A model generated the notes under the pieces. The model was not told the origin of the DNA. It ran no database searches and saw only the letters and a list, made by a program, of their open reading frames with translations. A stretch of 64,000 nucleotides of DNA. Origin: Escherichia coli 042 (lineage in GTDB: Bacteria; Pseudomonadota; Gammaproteobacteria; Enterobacterales; Enterobacteriaceae). Each line of letters starts with the position of its first letter. Position 1 is the stretch's first letter. A program made the translations under genes and the position numbers. The stretch lies in the NCBI RefSeq assembly GCF_000027125.1, contig NC_017626.1; one strand, written 5' to 3'. Positions 42,177-56,129 of this stretch are shown piece by piece.

Positions 42177-42649
42177 TGGTACTTCCTCGCTTTAAAAAAG
42201 AGTGCACTTCGTAAGTGCCCTTATATAAATAACGAGTTTGGTCAACCAATTTTTTGACATGTATCACAAATTTGAATAGATGTATTACATCAACTATCTT
42301 TTATTGCCCCAACGTCATTGATATATGTCGCCTGAAGTCAGTTCCGGGAATGAGTCTGATCTCAAGACAGGCCCAGTCCTGGCGTTGATTAGCGCTGAGG
42401 AGCATATCGCATCTCATCATAATGTCGTATCTCCTGGGGTGTTATACAAGATATCGTTGTTGGTGACCTGGGAGAGGAATTGAGTTCTATTAAACCGTCA
42501 ACTATGCCGGATACATACTGGATTACACAGCAGGCACGCCTTATGAGAGAACGTGCCGCAGTGACGGGTTAATTATCTGAAAGAATTTGCGAGGCTGTAT
42601 CGGTTACTCATTGGTTTGATAGTTTTACTCTCGGGAGAGTAATAGATAT

Positions 42650-43792
42650 TTAATCCATTAACGGAAACCAGCCAGTTCCTTTCGATGCCTGAATTTGATC
42701 CCATAGTTTATCCGGAATGGTTAATTCAGGAACAAGTTGTGGATTAAGGGTTGTTTGAATTTCATGGCTTCTACCTGATTCAGCTAAAGTCACCCATTCT
42801 GGATTTATCACCAGCCCTTTACCGATCGCAACAAGTGGCAGGCCAGTGGAAATTGCTTCTTGAGCCTGAGACGGTGTGCGTATTTTACCTGCGGCGATTA
42901 CCGGCACTCTGCCTGCAATATGATTTAAAATCAATTCAATAGTTCGGGGGCCATTTGGCGACTCAACAGGGTAGCTATCGTTAATACTGACCAGCGAGGT
43001 ATGTATATACGAAATACCGGATGAAATGAGCCGATCAAGGAGTTTATAAGTATCCTCTATCCGCAGCCCCCCTGTTGCAGATTCTTCAGGAGATATTTTG
43101 TAACCGATGGCAAAGGGCTTTGTCGCATATTCATAGACTACATTTTTTACTTCCTGTAATACGGCCAGCGGGAAGCGCATACGTCCTTCGAGATCTCCTC
43201 CCCATCGGTCATTACGCTGGTTAAATAGAGGGGAGAAGAAATTCTGTAGAAGGAATCCGTGCGCACCATGAAGTTCAATGCCATCAAAACCTGCTTTAAT
43301 CGCCCTTTTTGTGACATCTCCGAATGCTCTAATGGTTTCCTGAATTTCGTTTTCAGTCATTTCCCTGCTTTTTACCACTCTCTTCATAAAGTCACCAGAT
43401 TTTACGCTTGATGCGCTGGCACTAATAACATCGTTATTTGGTACAAGCTCCGGGATGGCTTTATTACCGGCGTGGAAAATCTGCAAAATAGCCGGAGCAC
43501 CGCCACTTTTGGCTGCCGCTGCTAACTTTTCAAGGCTGTTAATGAAACGGTCGTCATACGCGGCAAATTCATGAGTAAACCCAATGCCGTTTGGCGTGAC
43601 ATAGGTACATCCTGTTATTACTAAACCAACATTTTGTGAGCGACGTTTATAAAATTCGAGTTCTTGCTCAGAGATGGTTCCATCAGGATTCGCTGACCAG
43701 GTCGTCATAGGAGCCATAACGATACGATTACGTAGCTTTATTTTTTCTGTCAGCATAAAAGGAGAAAACAATGATGGGTGTTTATTTGTCAT
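42650..43792 (-). CDS. NADH:flavin oxidoreductase (Old Yellow Enzyme family)
   Basis: 380 aa; OYE-like TIM-barrel motifs (RIVMAPMTT, IFHAGNKA). Confidence 0.85.
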   Translation of the reverse strand: MTNKHPSLFSPFMLTEKIKLRNRIVMAPMTTWSANPDGTISEQELEFYKRRSQNVGLVITGCTYVTPNGIGFTHEFAAYDDRFINSLEKLAAAAKSGGAPAILQIFHAGNKAIPELVPNNDVISASASSVKSGDFMKRVVKSREMTENEIQETIRAFGDVTKRAIKAGFDGIELHGAHGFLLQNFFSPLFNQRNDRWGGDLEGRMRFPLAVLQEVKNVVYEYATKPFAIGYKISPEESATGGLRIEDTYKLLDRLISSGISYIHTSLVSINDSYPVESPNGPRTIELILNHIAGRVPVIAAGKIRTPSQAQEAISTGLPLVAIGKGLVINPEWVTLAESGRSHEIQTTLNPQLVPELTIPDKLWDQIQASKGTGWFPLMD

Positions 43793-44036
43793 AACAATAC
43801 CTCAAATGTTTATCTGATTTTGATGCGTATGTTTTAACTGGTTAGTTGTTGCCAGCTTTGGAACCAAGGTTTATGGCTTTATTTATAATTCCTTCAAAGG
43901 GTTTCTAATAATCTTAATAATTGAGTTGCTGCTTTTTTGTTTCTTTAATGAAATTTCTTTTTGAGTAATTTTATTATTGTTGTGTAGTCAATAAAGGATA
44001 AATGTCAGGGAGATAAGGAATCTCCCTGTAAGATTA

Positions 44037-44957
44037 TTACAAATGTGTTTTATAAAAAGGAATTAATTTATCGAGTGCCTGTTTCACAGGTTCTGGCTTA
44101 TCATACAGGTCGTAATGTGAATAACCTTCAACCACGACCAGCTCTTTATGTTTTGAGGCAGCGCGGCCAATAATTTCGCAGCCGTCACGGTAGGCACCAA
44201 ATGCGCCCACTCTATCGCCCACCACAACCATTATTGGTTGAGTTAACAGGACTTCTGCAAGATGAAATGCATCCCAACCCACGGCAACAGTCTGATGTGA
44301 GAATAGCGAACGATTTACCCCATTAGGTGCACAGCCTCGTGGCGAACGATAATATTCTGTGGCTTCAAAAAGGTCTATTTCTGTTAATCCCGCTTCAAGA
44401 GCTGCATCCGGAGAAGAGGGGAGTAAATCATCTACGCGAAGTTTTGCGCCGTTAGCTTCGTCTGTTCTTTGTTGCGCCATTGCTTCGAGTGCTCCGATAG
44501 GATTAAACGCTGTAAATCCCTCACGCATAAGACGCCCGTAGTTTGCACCCGTGACAGTACCAATAGCTTTAATTCGACGTTCTGTCATTGCGGCATTAAT
44601 GGCATATCCACCTCCACCACAAATACCCAGTACACCAATACGCCCGGCATCAACGTAAGGTAAGGTGGTAAGGTAATCAACGACAATGCTGAAGTCTTTT
44701 ACTCGCATTGTTGGATCTTCCAGATAACGCGGTTCTCCACCGCTGCTTCCCTGAAAACTGGCATCAAAAGCAATGACGATAAAGCCAGCTTTTGCCAGGG
44801 CGGCACCATACACACTACCCGATGTTTGTTCTTTGCAGCTTCCAATTGGATGGGCGCTGATAATGGCAGGATACTTTTTTTCACTATTAAAATCGTCAGG
44901 GAAATAGATATCAGCAGCTATATCCCAGTAAGTATGTTTTATCGAAACAGTTTTCAT
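44037..44957 (-). CDS. Alpha/beta-hydrolase (dienelactone-hydrolase-like), cytoplasmic paralog of 24110-25267
   Basis: 306 aa; hydrolase core LGICGGGG; shares a conserved block with the 24110 protein (AFDASFQGSSGGEPR vs AFDPSYTGESGGYPR). Confidence 0.8.
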   Translation of the reverse strand: MKTVSIKHTYWDIAADIYFPDDFNSEKKYPAIISAHPIGSCKEQTSGSVYGAALAKAGFIVIAFDASFQGSSGGEPRYLEDPTMRVKDFSIVVDYLTTLPYVDAGRIGVLGICGGGGYAINAAMTERRIKAIGTVTGANYGRLMREGFTAFNPIGALEAMAQQRTDEANGAKLRVDDLLPSSPDAALEAGLTEIDLFEATEYYRSPRGCAPNGVNRSLFSHQTVAVGWDAFHLAEVLLTQPIMVVVGDRVGAFGAYRDGCEIIGRAASKHKELVVVEGYSHYDLYDKPEPVKQALDKLIPFYKTHL

Positions 44958-45113
44958 TTCAAGCTCCGGGGAATTGCCTAAACAGATTTAAATATCATTT
45001 CTATTATCCGCAACTGGCATTCGTGTTCATGTCGAGAACGGCGTAATAGTATGACTTGTATTGGTTATCATCAATGGTCTAATATCTATCACAGTGTTAA
45101 GTTAAGGTTTACA

Positions 45114-46040
45114 ATGATGAAAATAGAGCCTTCAATTTTGCCTTCTCTTGCCTGGTTTGCGCTGATTGTTCGTGCCGGCAGTTTTTCCAGAGCCGCTTCT
45201 GAAATGGGTATTACGCGGGCCGCATTGTCCCAGAATTTAAAATCTCTTGAGGAACGTCTTAACACCAAGCTGATATACCGTACGACCCGCAATATGTCGC
45301 TTACTGAGGAAGGACAGCGTCTGTATGAAGTGCTGGTGTCGGCTTTGGGGCAAATTGATGATGCTTTGAAAGATGTTGGTGATACCCAACTTGAACCTAC
45401 AGGCCTGTTGAGAATAAATTCCTCCCGTGTTGCAGCACGGATGCTTGTTGAGCCTCATATTGGCGAGTTTCTTACTCGTTACCCCAAAACAAAGATAGAA
45501 CTCATTATGGATGACGGTTTATCTAACATTATTGCGGACGGCTGTGATGTGGGCATACGTCTTGAGCAAGGACTGGATGAGCATATGACTGCCATTCCTG
45601 TTTCTCCGCTTATTAAACTGGTTACTGTGGCATCGCCAGATTATTTAAAAGAGCACGGTATTCCTGAAACGCCTCAGGAACTGAGTAACCATAATTGCCT
45701 TCGGTTGCGGCATAAAAGTAGTGGTGCACTCTCTGCATGGGAGTTTTCTAATGTTGCGGGGGGTAATGAAGAGTTCGAAATAGAGGTTTCAGGTAAGTAT
45801 ATTTCTAATGATGACGAAAGCATGATACGAATGGCGCTGAATGGAACGGGTATCATTCAACATCTGGATTTTGCAATCGCTGAACATATCAATGCGGGCA
45901 AGTTACAGCCGATTCTTGAGGATTGGGCTGTTTCATTTCCTGGATTTTATATTTATGTTTCATCACGGGTGAGAATGCCCTCTAAAGTTCGTGCTTTTAT
46001 TGATTTTATGGTGGAGAAAAGAGTAAAACTCGAAAATTGA
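45114..46040 (+). CDS. LysR-family transcriptional regulator
   Basis: Start set at MMKIEPS; HTH (FSRAASEMGITRAALSQNLKSLEERLNTKLIYRTTR); divergent from the hydrolase gene. Confidence 0.85.
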   Translation: MMKIEPSILPSLAWFALIVRAGSFSRAASEMGITRAALSQNLKSLEERLNTKLIYRTTRNMSLTEEGQRLYEVLVSALGQIDDALKDVGDTQLEPTGLLRINSSRVAARMLVEPHIGEFLTRYPKTKIELIMDDGLSNIIADGCDVGIRLEQGLDEHMTAIPVSPLIKLVTVASPDYLKEHGIPETPQELSNHNCLRLRHKSSGALSAWEFSNVAGGNEEFEIEVSGKYISNDDESMIRMALNGTGIIQHLDFAIAEHINAGKLQPILEDWAVSFPGFYIYVSSRVRMPSKVRAFIDFMVEKRVKLEN

Positions 46041-46195
46041 TGATATGTGTAATTGATGGTTGCTCTGGGCGAATATCGGTAAGAGGAATAACGTAATCAT
46101 TAGGACGCGTTTACATAATAAACTTTCTGATAATTAATACTTATTTTCTATACGGCCATAATATCAATTATCATTATCACCGGTAATGTGGTTAA

Positions 46196-49071
<2,876 letters not shown>

Positions 49072-49621
49072 TTATCGTTCATGAGAAGCATAACGTAAAG
49101 GGAAGAGCTCGATTAGACGGCAGGATTTGTCAGGGGTTATGAACGAAATTCATAAATCTGCTTGAGTGTTGCGATGAGTCGTGCAAGTTCGATATCCCTG
49201 CAATTCACAGTCTGATGAAGAAAAATGAATATCCATAAAAAATATATTGGTTTATCCTGGTGTATATACCTACTTCGACGTATTCCCAATAGCGATTAAT
49301 TAAAGACAGGTCATTATTATTCACTCTTAATAATGAATTATTCACTGCCCGCAGAGTAAGAAATATAACTTAAGTATCTATTTAATAACTTGCACAAAAA
49401 GCTAAATTTTTACCCATAAATAAAAATATAATCCCGCGCCCAACCACCTGATGAGTGGCTACAGACACTGGATATATTAGGTGGCGGTGTACTTTCTTAC
49501 ATAAAGGTATTTCCTTTTCTGCGGAAAAGGAAACCGGGAAATCCCCGGTTTTTCTGACAAGCAGACGCCATTATTTGTGTCTGCCTATGTTCGTTAATTC
49601 GTTCATCAGGAAATTATCTCA

Positions 49622-52600
49622 ATGTCACGTTATAAAACAGGTCATAAACAACCACGATTTCGTTATTCAGTTCTGGCCCGCTGCGTGGCGTGGGCAAATA
49701 TCTCTGTTCAGGTTCTTTTCCCACTCGCTGTCACCTTTACCCCAGTAATGGCAGCACGCGCGCAGCATGCGGTTCAGCCACGTTTGAGCATGGAAAATAC
49801 CACAGTAGCTGCTGATAATAATGTGGAGAAAAATGTCGCGTCGTTTGCCGCAAATGCCGGGACATTTTTAAGCAGTCAGCCAGATAGCGATGCGACACGT
49901 AACTTTATTACCGGAATGGCCACAGCTAAAGCTAACCAGGAAATACAGGAGTGGCTCGGGAAATATGGTACTGCGCGCGTCAAACTGAATGTCGATAAAG
50001 AATTCTCGCTGAAGGATTCTTCGCTGGAAATGCTTTATCCGATTTATGATACGCCGACAAATATGTTGTTCACTCAGGGAGCAATACATCGTACCGACGA
50101 TCGTACTCAGTCAAATATTGGTTTTGGCTGGCGTCATTTTTCAGGAAATGACTGGATGGCGGGGGTGAACACCTTTATCGACCATGATTTATCCCGTAGT
50201 CATACCCGCATTGGTGTTGGTGCGGAATACTGGCGTGATTATTTGAAATTGAGCGCCAATGGTTATATCCGGGCTTCTGGCTGGAAAAAATCGCCGGATG
50301 TTGAGGATTATCAGGAACGCCCGGCGAATGGCTGGGATATTCGTGCTGAGGGCTATTTACCTGCCTGGCCGCAGCTTGGCGCAAGCCTGATGTATGAACA
50401 GTATTATGGCGATGAAGTCGGGCTGTTTGGTAAAGATAAACGCCAGAAAGATCCACATGCGATTACCGCTGAAGTGAATTACACGCCAGTGCCTCTTCTG
50501 ACCCTGAGTGCCGGGCATAAGCAGGGCAAGAGTGGTGAGAATGACACTCGCTTTGGCCTGGAAGTTAATTATCGGATTGGCGAACCTCTGGAAAAACAAC
50601 TCGATACAGACAGCATTCGCGAGCGTCGAATGCTGGCAGGCAGCCGCTATGACCTGGTTGAGCGTAATAACAATATCGTTCTTGAGTATCGCAAATCTGA
50701 AGTGATCCGTATTGCTCTGCCTGAGCGGATTGAAGGTAAGGGCGGTCAGACACTTTCCCTGGGACTTGTGGTCAGCAAAGCAACTCACGGACTGAAAAAT
50801 GTGCAGTGGGAAGCGCCGTCATTACTGGCTGAAGGTGGCAAAATTACCGGTCAGGGTAGTCAGTGGCAAGTAACGCTCCCGGCTTATCGTCCAGGCAAAG
50901 ACAATTATTATGCGGTTTCAGCGATTGCCTACGATAACAAAGGCAATGCCTCGAAACGTGTGCAGACAGAAGTGGTTATTAGCGGAGCTGGTATGAGCGC
51001 CGATCGTACGGCGTTAACGCTTGACGGTCAGAGCCGTATTCAAATGCTTGCTAACGGTAATGAGCAAAAGCCGCTGGTGCTGTCTCTGCGCGACGCCGAG
51101 GGCCAGCCAGTCACGGGCATGAAAGATCAGATCAAGACTGAACTAACCTTCAAACCGGCTGGAAATATTGTGACTCGTACCCTGAAGGCCACTAAATCAC
51201 AGGCAAAGCCAACACTGGGTGAGTTCACCGAAACTGAAGCAGGGGTGTATCAGTCTGTCTTTACTACCGGCACGCAGTCAGGTGAGGCAACGATTACTGT
51301 TAGCGTTGATGGCATGAGCAAAACCGTCACTGCAGAACTGCGGGCCACGATGATGGATGTGGCAAACTCCACCCTGAGCGCTAACGAGCCATCAGGTGAC
51401 GTGGTTGCTGATGGTCAGCAAGCCTACACGCTGACACTGACAGCGGTGGACTCCGAGGGTAATCCGGTGACGGGAGAAGCCAGCCGCCTGCGACTTGTTC
51501 CGCAAGACACTAATGGTGTAACCGTTGGTGCCATTTCGGAAATAAAACCAGGGGTTTACAGCGCCACGGTTTCTTCGACCCGTGCCGGAAACGTTGTTGT
51601 GCGTGCCTTCAGCGAGCAGTATCAGCTGGGCACATTACAACAAACGCTGAAGTTTGTTGCCGGGCCGCTTGATGCAGCACATTCGTCCATCACCCTGAAT
51701 CCGGATAAACCGGTGGTCGGCGGTACAGTTACGGCAATCTGGACGGCAAAAGATGCCAATGACAACCCTGTAACAGGCCTCAATCCGGATGCACCGTCAT
51801 TATCGGGCGCAGCAGCTGCTGGTTCTACGGCATCTGGCTGGACAAATAATGGTGATGGGACGTGGACTGCGCAGATTACTCTCGGCTCTACGGCGGGTGA
51901 ATTAGAAGTTATGCCGAAGCTAAATGGACAGGATGCGGCAGCAAATGCGGCAAAAGTAACCGTGGTGGCTGATGCATTATCTTCAAACCAGTCGAAAGTC
52001 TCTGTCGCAGAAGATCACGTAAAAGCCGGTGAAAGCACAACCGTAACGCTTATTGCAAAAGATGCGCATGGCAACGCTATCAGTGGTCTTTCGTTGTCGG
52101 CAAGTTTGACGGGGACCGCCTCTGAAGGGGCGACCATTTCCAGTTGGACCGAAAAAGGTGACGGTTCCTATGTTGCTACGTTGACCACAGGCGGAAAGAC
52201 GGGCGAGCTTCGTGTCATGCCTCTCTTCAACGGCCAGCCAGCAGCCACCGAAGCCGCGCAGTTGACGGTCATCGCCGGAGAGATGTCATCAGCGAACTCT
52301 ACGCTTGTTGCGGACAATAAGACTCCAACGGTTAAAACGACGACGGAACTCACCTTCACCGTGAAGGATGCGTACGGGAACCCGGTCACCGGGCTGAAGC
52401 CAGATGCACCAGTGTTTAGCGGTGCCGCCAGCACGGGATCAGCGCGACCTTCAGCAGGAAGCTGGACAGAGCAAAGTAATGGGGTCTACGTGGCGACCTT
52501 AACGCTGGGATCGGCTGCAGGTCAGTTGTCTGTGATGCCGCGAGTGAACGGCCAAAATGCCGTTGCTCAGCCACTGGTGCTGAATGTTGCAGGCGACGCT

Positions 52601-53875
52601 TCCCGGGCAGTGATCAGTGATATGGCGGTGAAGGTGAATAACCAACTGGCAAATGGACAGTCTGCTAACCAGGTAACCCTGACCGTCGTGGACAGCTATG
52701 GTAACCCGTTGCAGGGGCAAGAAGTTACGCTGACTTTACCGCAGGGTGTGACTAGCAAGACGGGGAATACAGTAACAACCAATGCGGCAGGTAAGGCGGA
52801 TATTGAGTTGATATCAACCGTTGCAGGGGAACTTGAAATCGCGGCCGCGGTGAAAAACTCTCAGAAGACGGTCACGGTGAAATTCAACGCGGATGCCAGC
52901 ACCGGTCAGGCAAACCTGCAGGTAGACACCGCCGTTCAAAAAGTGGCAAACGGCAAAGATGCCTTTACGCTGACGGCGACCGTTGAGGATAAAAACGGTA
53001 ACCCTGTTCCAGGCACTCTGGTGACCTTTAATCTGCCCCGGGGTGTCAAGCCGCTTACTGGCGATAATGTCTGGGTGAAAGCCAACGATGAGGGGAAAGC
53101 AGAGTTGCAGGTGGTTTCCGTGACTGCCGGAACCTATGAGATCACGGCGTCGGCAGGAAATGACCAGCCTTCAGATGCGCAGACTATAACGTTTGTAGCC
53201 GATAAGGCTACCGCAACCGTCTCCGGTATTGAGGTGATTGGCAACTATGCACTGGCGGACGGCAAAGCCAAACAGACGTATAAAGTTACGGTGACTGATG
53301 CCAATAACAACCTGTTGAAAGATAGCGACGTGACGCTGACTGCCAGCCCGGCTTCGTTAAACCTGGAACCGAATGGCACTGCGACAACGAATGAGCAAGG
53401 GCAGGCTATTTTCACCGCTACCACTACTGTTGCGGCGACATACACACTCAAGGCGCAAGTGAGTCAGACCAACGGTCAGGTATCAACGAAAACTGCCGAA
53501 TCTAAATTCGTCGCGGATGATAAAAACGCGGAGCTCACCGCATCATCTGATGTGCAATCGCTGGTGGCGGATGGGAAATCGACTGCGAAGCTGGAGGTTA
53601 CCCTGTTCTCGGCAAATAACCCTGTTGGGGGGAATGTGTGGGTCGACATTGAGGCTCCGGAAGGAGTGACGGAGAAGGATTATCAATTCCTGCCGTCGAA
53701 AAATGACCATTTCGTGAGCGGAAAAATCACGCGTACATTTAGTACCAGCAAGCCTGGTGTCTATACGTTCACATTTAACGCCCTGACCTATGGCGGGTAC
53801 GAAATGAAGCCAGTGACGGTGACCATAACCGCGGTGGATGCCGATACGGCAAAGGGCGAGGAGGCGATGAAGTAA
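49622..53875 (+). CDS. eaeH: Intimin/invasin-family outer-membrane adhesin with tandem bacterial Ig-like domains (EaeH/FdeC-like), uninterrupted
   Basis: 1417 aa; N-terminal inverse-autotransporter-like region followed by repeated Big-domain blocks (LTLTAVDSEGNPVTG, VTLIAKDAHGNAISG, TFTVKDAYGNPVTG, LTVVDSYGNPLQG, TATVEDKNGNPVPG). Confidence 0.85.
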   Translation: MSRYKTGHKQPRFRYSVLARCVAWANISVQVLFPLAVTFTPVMAARAQHAVQPRLSMENTTVAADNNVEKNVASFAANAGTFLSSQPDSDATRNFITGMATAKANQEIQEWLGKYGTARVKLNVDKEFSLKDSSLEMLYPIYDTPTNMLFTQGAIHRTDDRTQSNIGFGWRHFSGNDWMAGVNTFIDHDLSRSHTRIGVGAEYWRDYLKLSANGYIRASGWKKSPDVEDYQERPANGWDIRAEGYLPAWPQLGASLMYEQYYGDEVGLFGKDKRQKDPHAITAEVNYTPVPLLTLSAGHKQGKSGENDTRFGLEVNYRIGEPLEKQLDTDSIRERRMLAGSRYDLVERNNNIVLEYRKSEVIRIALPERIEGKGGQTLSLGLVVSKATHGLKNVQWEAPSLLAEGGKITGQGSQWQVTLPAYRPGKDNYYAVSAIAYDNKGNASKRVQTEVVISGAGMSADRTALTLDGQSRIQMLANGNEQKPLVLSLRDAEGQPVTGMKDQIKTELTFKPAGNIVTRTLKATKSQAKPTLGEFTETEAGVYQSVFTTGTQSGEATITVSVDGMSKTVTAELRATMMDVANSTLSANEPSGDVVADGQQAYTLTLTAVDSEGNPVTGEASRLRLVPQDTNGVTVGAISEIKPGVYSATVSSTRAGNVVVRAFSEQYQLGTLQQTLKFVAGPLDAAHSSITLNPDKPVVGGTVTAIWTAKDANDNPVTGLNPDAPSLSGAAAAGSTASGWTNNGDGTWTAQITLGSTAGELEVMPKLNGQDAAANAAKVTVVADALSSNQSKVSVAEDHVKAGESTTVTLIAKDAHGNAISGLSLSASLTGTASEGATISSWTEKGDGSYVATLTTGGKTGELRVMPLFNGQPAATEAAQLTVIAGEMSSANSTLVADNKTPTVKTTTELTFTVKDAYGNPVTGLKPDAPVFSGAASTGSARPSAGSWTEQSNGVYVATLTLGSAAGQLSVMPRVNGQNAVAQPLVLNVAGDASRAVISDMAVKVNNQLANGQSANQVTLTVVDSYGNPLQGQEVTLTLPQGVTSKTGNTVTTNAAGKADIELISTVAGELEIAAAVKNSQKTVTVKFNADASTGQANLQVDTAVQKVANGKDAFTLTATVEDKNGNPVPGTLVTFNLPRGVKPLTGDNVWVKANDEGKAELQVVSVTAGTYEITASAGNDQPSDAQTITFVADKATATVSGIEVIGNYALADGKAKQTYKVTVTDANNNLLKDSDVTLTASPASLNLEPNGTATTNEQGQAIFTATTTVAATYTLKAQVSQTNGQVSTKTAESKFVADDKNAELTASSDVQSLVADGKSTAKLEVTLFSANNPVGGNVWVDIEAPEGVTEKDYQFLPSKNDHFVSGKITRTFSTSKPGVYTFTFNALTYGGYEMKPVTVTITAVDADTAKGEEAMK

Positions 53876-53995
53876 TATTAAGAATATGAAAGTAACATTC
53901 TAATAAACAATAATGGCGTTGACATCTTCAACGCCATTATTTATTGAATTGCCTGACAGTAGTCTCGTTATAAATTCATGTAAACATCGCTACAG

Positions 53996-54886
53996 CTAAA
54001 CCGGGCGAACGGGGATAAAAATTTCGCAAACAATGTTATTGCTATCAATTTCGACGAAGTTTTCATTGTAATAAAATCGCTCAATATCACTGCCGTTCAC
54101 TCTGGCTAACCCCCTGGCAGGTAATTCCATCAGATAGAGGTTTCGCGCCCATTCAGGGTAGTGCTCCCACTCACCTTCATAGCGGAAAGAGGCATACAGT
54201 CCTCGGTTAATTGTCCACTCTTTCGACATCTCTGAATCGGTTTGTTTGCATACCGTACCGGCAAAAGTTTCAACTGTGAGCAAATCGACCGATTTTGTTG
54301 ACGGTTCGAATGTGGAGACGAAATAGATATCCGTCTTAAAACTCTTCATACATCTGGCTAAATGATGACGTCGCAGTTTGACTTCTTCATCCGGTGATTT
54401 ATTCGACACTTCAATGTCATATTTAAATGAATCGCCAAAAATAGGTGTCTCAGGAAAGTTGACTAATCTACACTCCGTCTTTTGCTGTTGACGTATTAAA
54501 AAAGAAGGGAAGATATTTGCGAGATCCCAATAATCACGGTGGCGGTATTCACGGGGAGAGCAGCCGAATAACTTTTTAAATTCGCGGCTGAATGACTGCT
54601 GTGAGTCAAAATGCAAAGAGAGTGCAATATCAAGCATAGATTTCGCGGTGAGTCGGACAAGAATGGCGGCACGACAAAGCCTTCGTTTGCGAATGTATTC
54701 TCCTAAAGGCACATGCATGAAATTTCGGAACAGAAGCTGGATGTTGCGCCTGCTGTAGCCAGATTTCTGTGCGATATCTTCGATTGAAATAGGGTGCTCA
54801 AGATTGCACTCAATCCACTCCAGGAGCTGCTGTAGAATCTTCTGCCTGATCATCACATTCTCCGTTAATTCTTTGTCATATCGCAC
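53996..54886 (-). CDS. ykgA: AraC-family transcriptional regulator with GyrI-like effector domain
   Basis: 296 aa; N-terminal AraC-type HTH and C-terminal GyrI-like region; position next to eaeH. Confidence 0.7.
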   Translation of the reverse strand: MRYDKELTENVMIRQKILQQLLEWIECNLEHPISIEDIAQKSGYSRRNIQLLFRNFMHVPLGEYIRKRRLCRAAILVRLTAKSMLDIALSLHFDSQQSFSREFKKLFGCSPREYRHRDYWDLANIFPSFLIRQQQKTECRLVNFPETPIFGDSFKYDIEVSNKSPDEEVKLRRHHLARCMKSFKTDIYFVSTFEPSTKSVDLLTVETFAGTVCKQTDSEMSKEWTINRGLYASFRYEGEWEHYPEWARNLYLMELPARGLARVNGSDIERFYYNENFVEIDSNNIVCEIFIPVRPV

Positions 54887-55085
54887 ATTTTCGTTATGTC
54901 CTGGGCCCTAAGTGTATCAAAAATAGCAAGTCCCAAGGCAAAAGCACTGATAGCGTCTGCTTCATTGCCCCAAAAATAGAGAGGTTTCAGTCCTACATTA
55001 TTAATGAATTTTTTGCATAAGTGATATCAAAATCCACATACTAATTTGAGGTTACGTTTTAACGTAGACTCATTGTTCATACCTA

Positions 55086-55970
55086 ATGGAGGGACTGACA
55101 GTGGAATTTTCCGTATTAAGTAACAATCTGAAAATGCCGATGATGGGATTTGGTGTTTTTCAGGTTACCGATAAAGACGTGTGCAAACAGTCAGTGTTGA
55201 ATGCTATCCGCACGGGTTATCGACTCATCGACACTGCAGCGGTATACGGTAATGAAGATGCCGTCGGTGAAGCCGTTCGTGAAGCCATATCTGAAGGTTT
55301 ATGTACCCGAGAAGAGTTATTTATAACGTCTAAATTGTGGGTGCAGGATATGTTGAATCAGGATATTGCAGCAGCAGGTATTGAAGCATCATTAAAAAAA
55401 TCGGGACTGGAATACTTCGATCTCTTTTTATTGCACCAGGCCATGCGCGATTATTTCAGTGCGTGGCGTGCACTCGAAGATGCCTATGAAGAGGGCAAAT
55501 TAAAAGCGATTGGGGTTTCCAATTTCTACCCTCATGTTCTGGCGAACTTTTGTGAAACGGTAAGAGTTAAACCGATGGTCAACCAGGTCGAGTTGCATCC
55601 CTATTTTGCCCAACCAGAGGCGCTGGCAACCATGAAGTATTATAACGTGCAGCCTGAAGCATGGGCTCCGTTAGGTGGTGGACGACATAAACCCTTTGAA
55701 AATAATCTGCTTCAGAGTATTGCAGATGCCCATCAAAAATCGATTTCTCAGGTCATTCTGCGTTGGAATATTCAACGGGGAGTGGTCGTTATTCCGAAAT
55801 CGACACATCAACAGCGTATCGAAGAAAATTTTGCTATTTGGGATTTCTCACTGACAGAGAAAGAAATGGCGCAAATTAGTTCGCTTGATTTGGGTTATGT
55901 TGGGGAATCGGTAAAACATTTTAATCCTGAGTTTGTTCGTGGTTGTCTTGCTGTAAAAATACATGATTGA
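55086..55970 (+). CDS. Aldo-keto reductase (2,5-diketo-D-gluconate reductase-like)
   Basis: 294 aa; AKR motifs (MGFGVFQV, RLIDTAAVYGNE, LHQAMRDY). Confidence 0.85.
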   Translation: MEGLTVEFSVLSNNLKMPMMGFGVFQVTDKDVCKQSVLNAIRTGYRLIDTAAVYGNEDAVGEAVREAISEGLCTREELFITSKLWVQDMLNQDIAAAGIEASLKKSGLEYFDLFLLHQAMRDYFSAWRALEDAYEEGKLKAIGVSNFYPHVLANFCETVRVKPMVNQVELHPYFAQPEALATMKYYNVQPEAWAPLGGGRHKPFENNLLQSIADAHQKSISQVILRWNIQRGVVVIPKSTHQQRIEENFAIWDFSLTEKEMAQISSLDLGYVGESVKHFNPEFVRGCLAVKIHD

Positions 55971-56129
55971 TATTAATCACTTATTTTACCTGAGACGACA
56001 AGAATCTTTTAACAGGGGAGTGATATTGATCTTCACTCTGTCATATCTCCGGTAATATGGCGTCAGGCTTCATCATCAGAAAGGGGGCCTGACGCCTGAA
56101 AAAGTGAACAACAGACAGTGTTCGGATTA

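Noticed and set aside
49455-49748. 97-aa plus-strand ORF spanning the eaeH upstream region and start
   Set aside because: Runs through the stem-loops and into the eaeH start in another frame; no motif.
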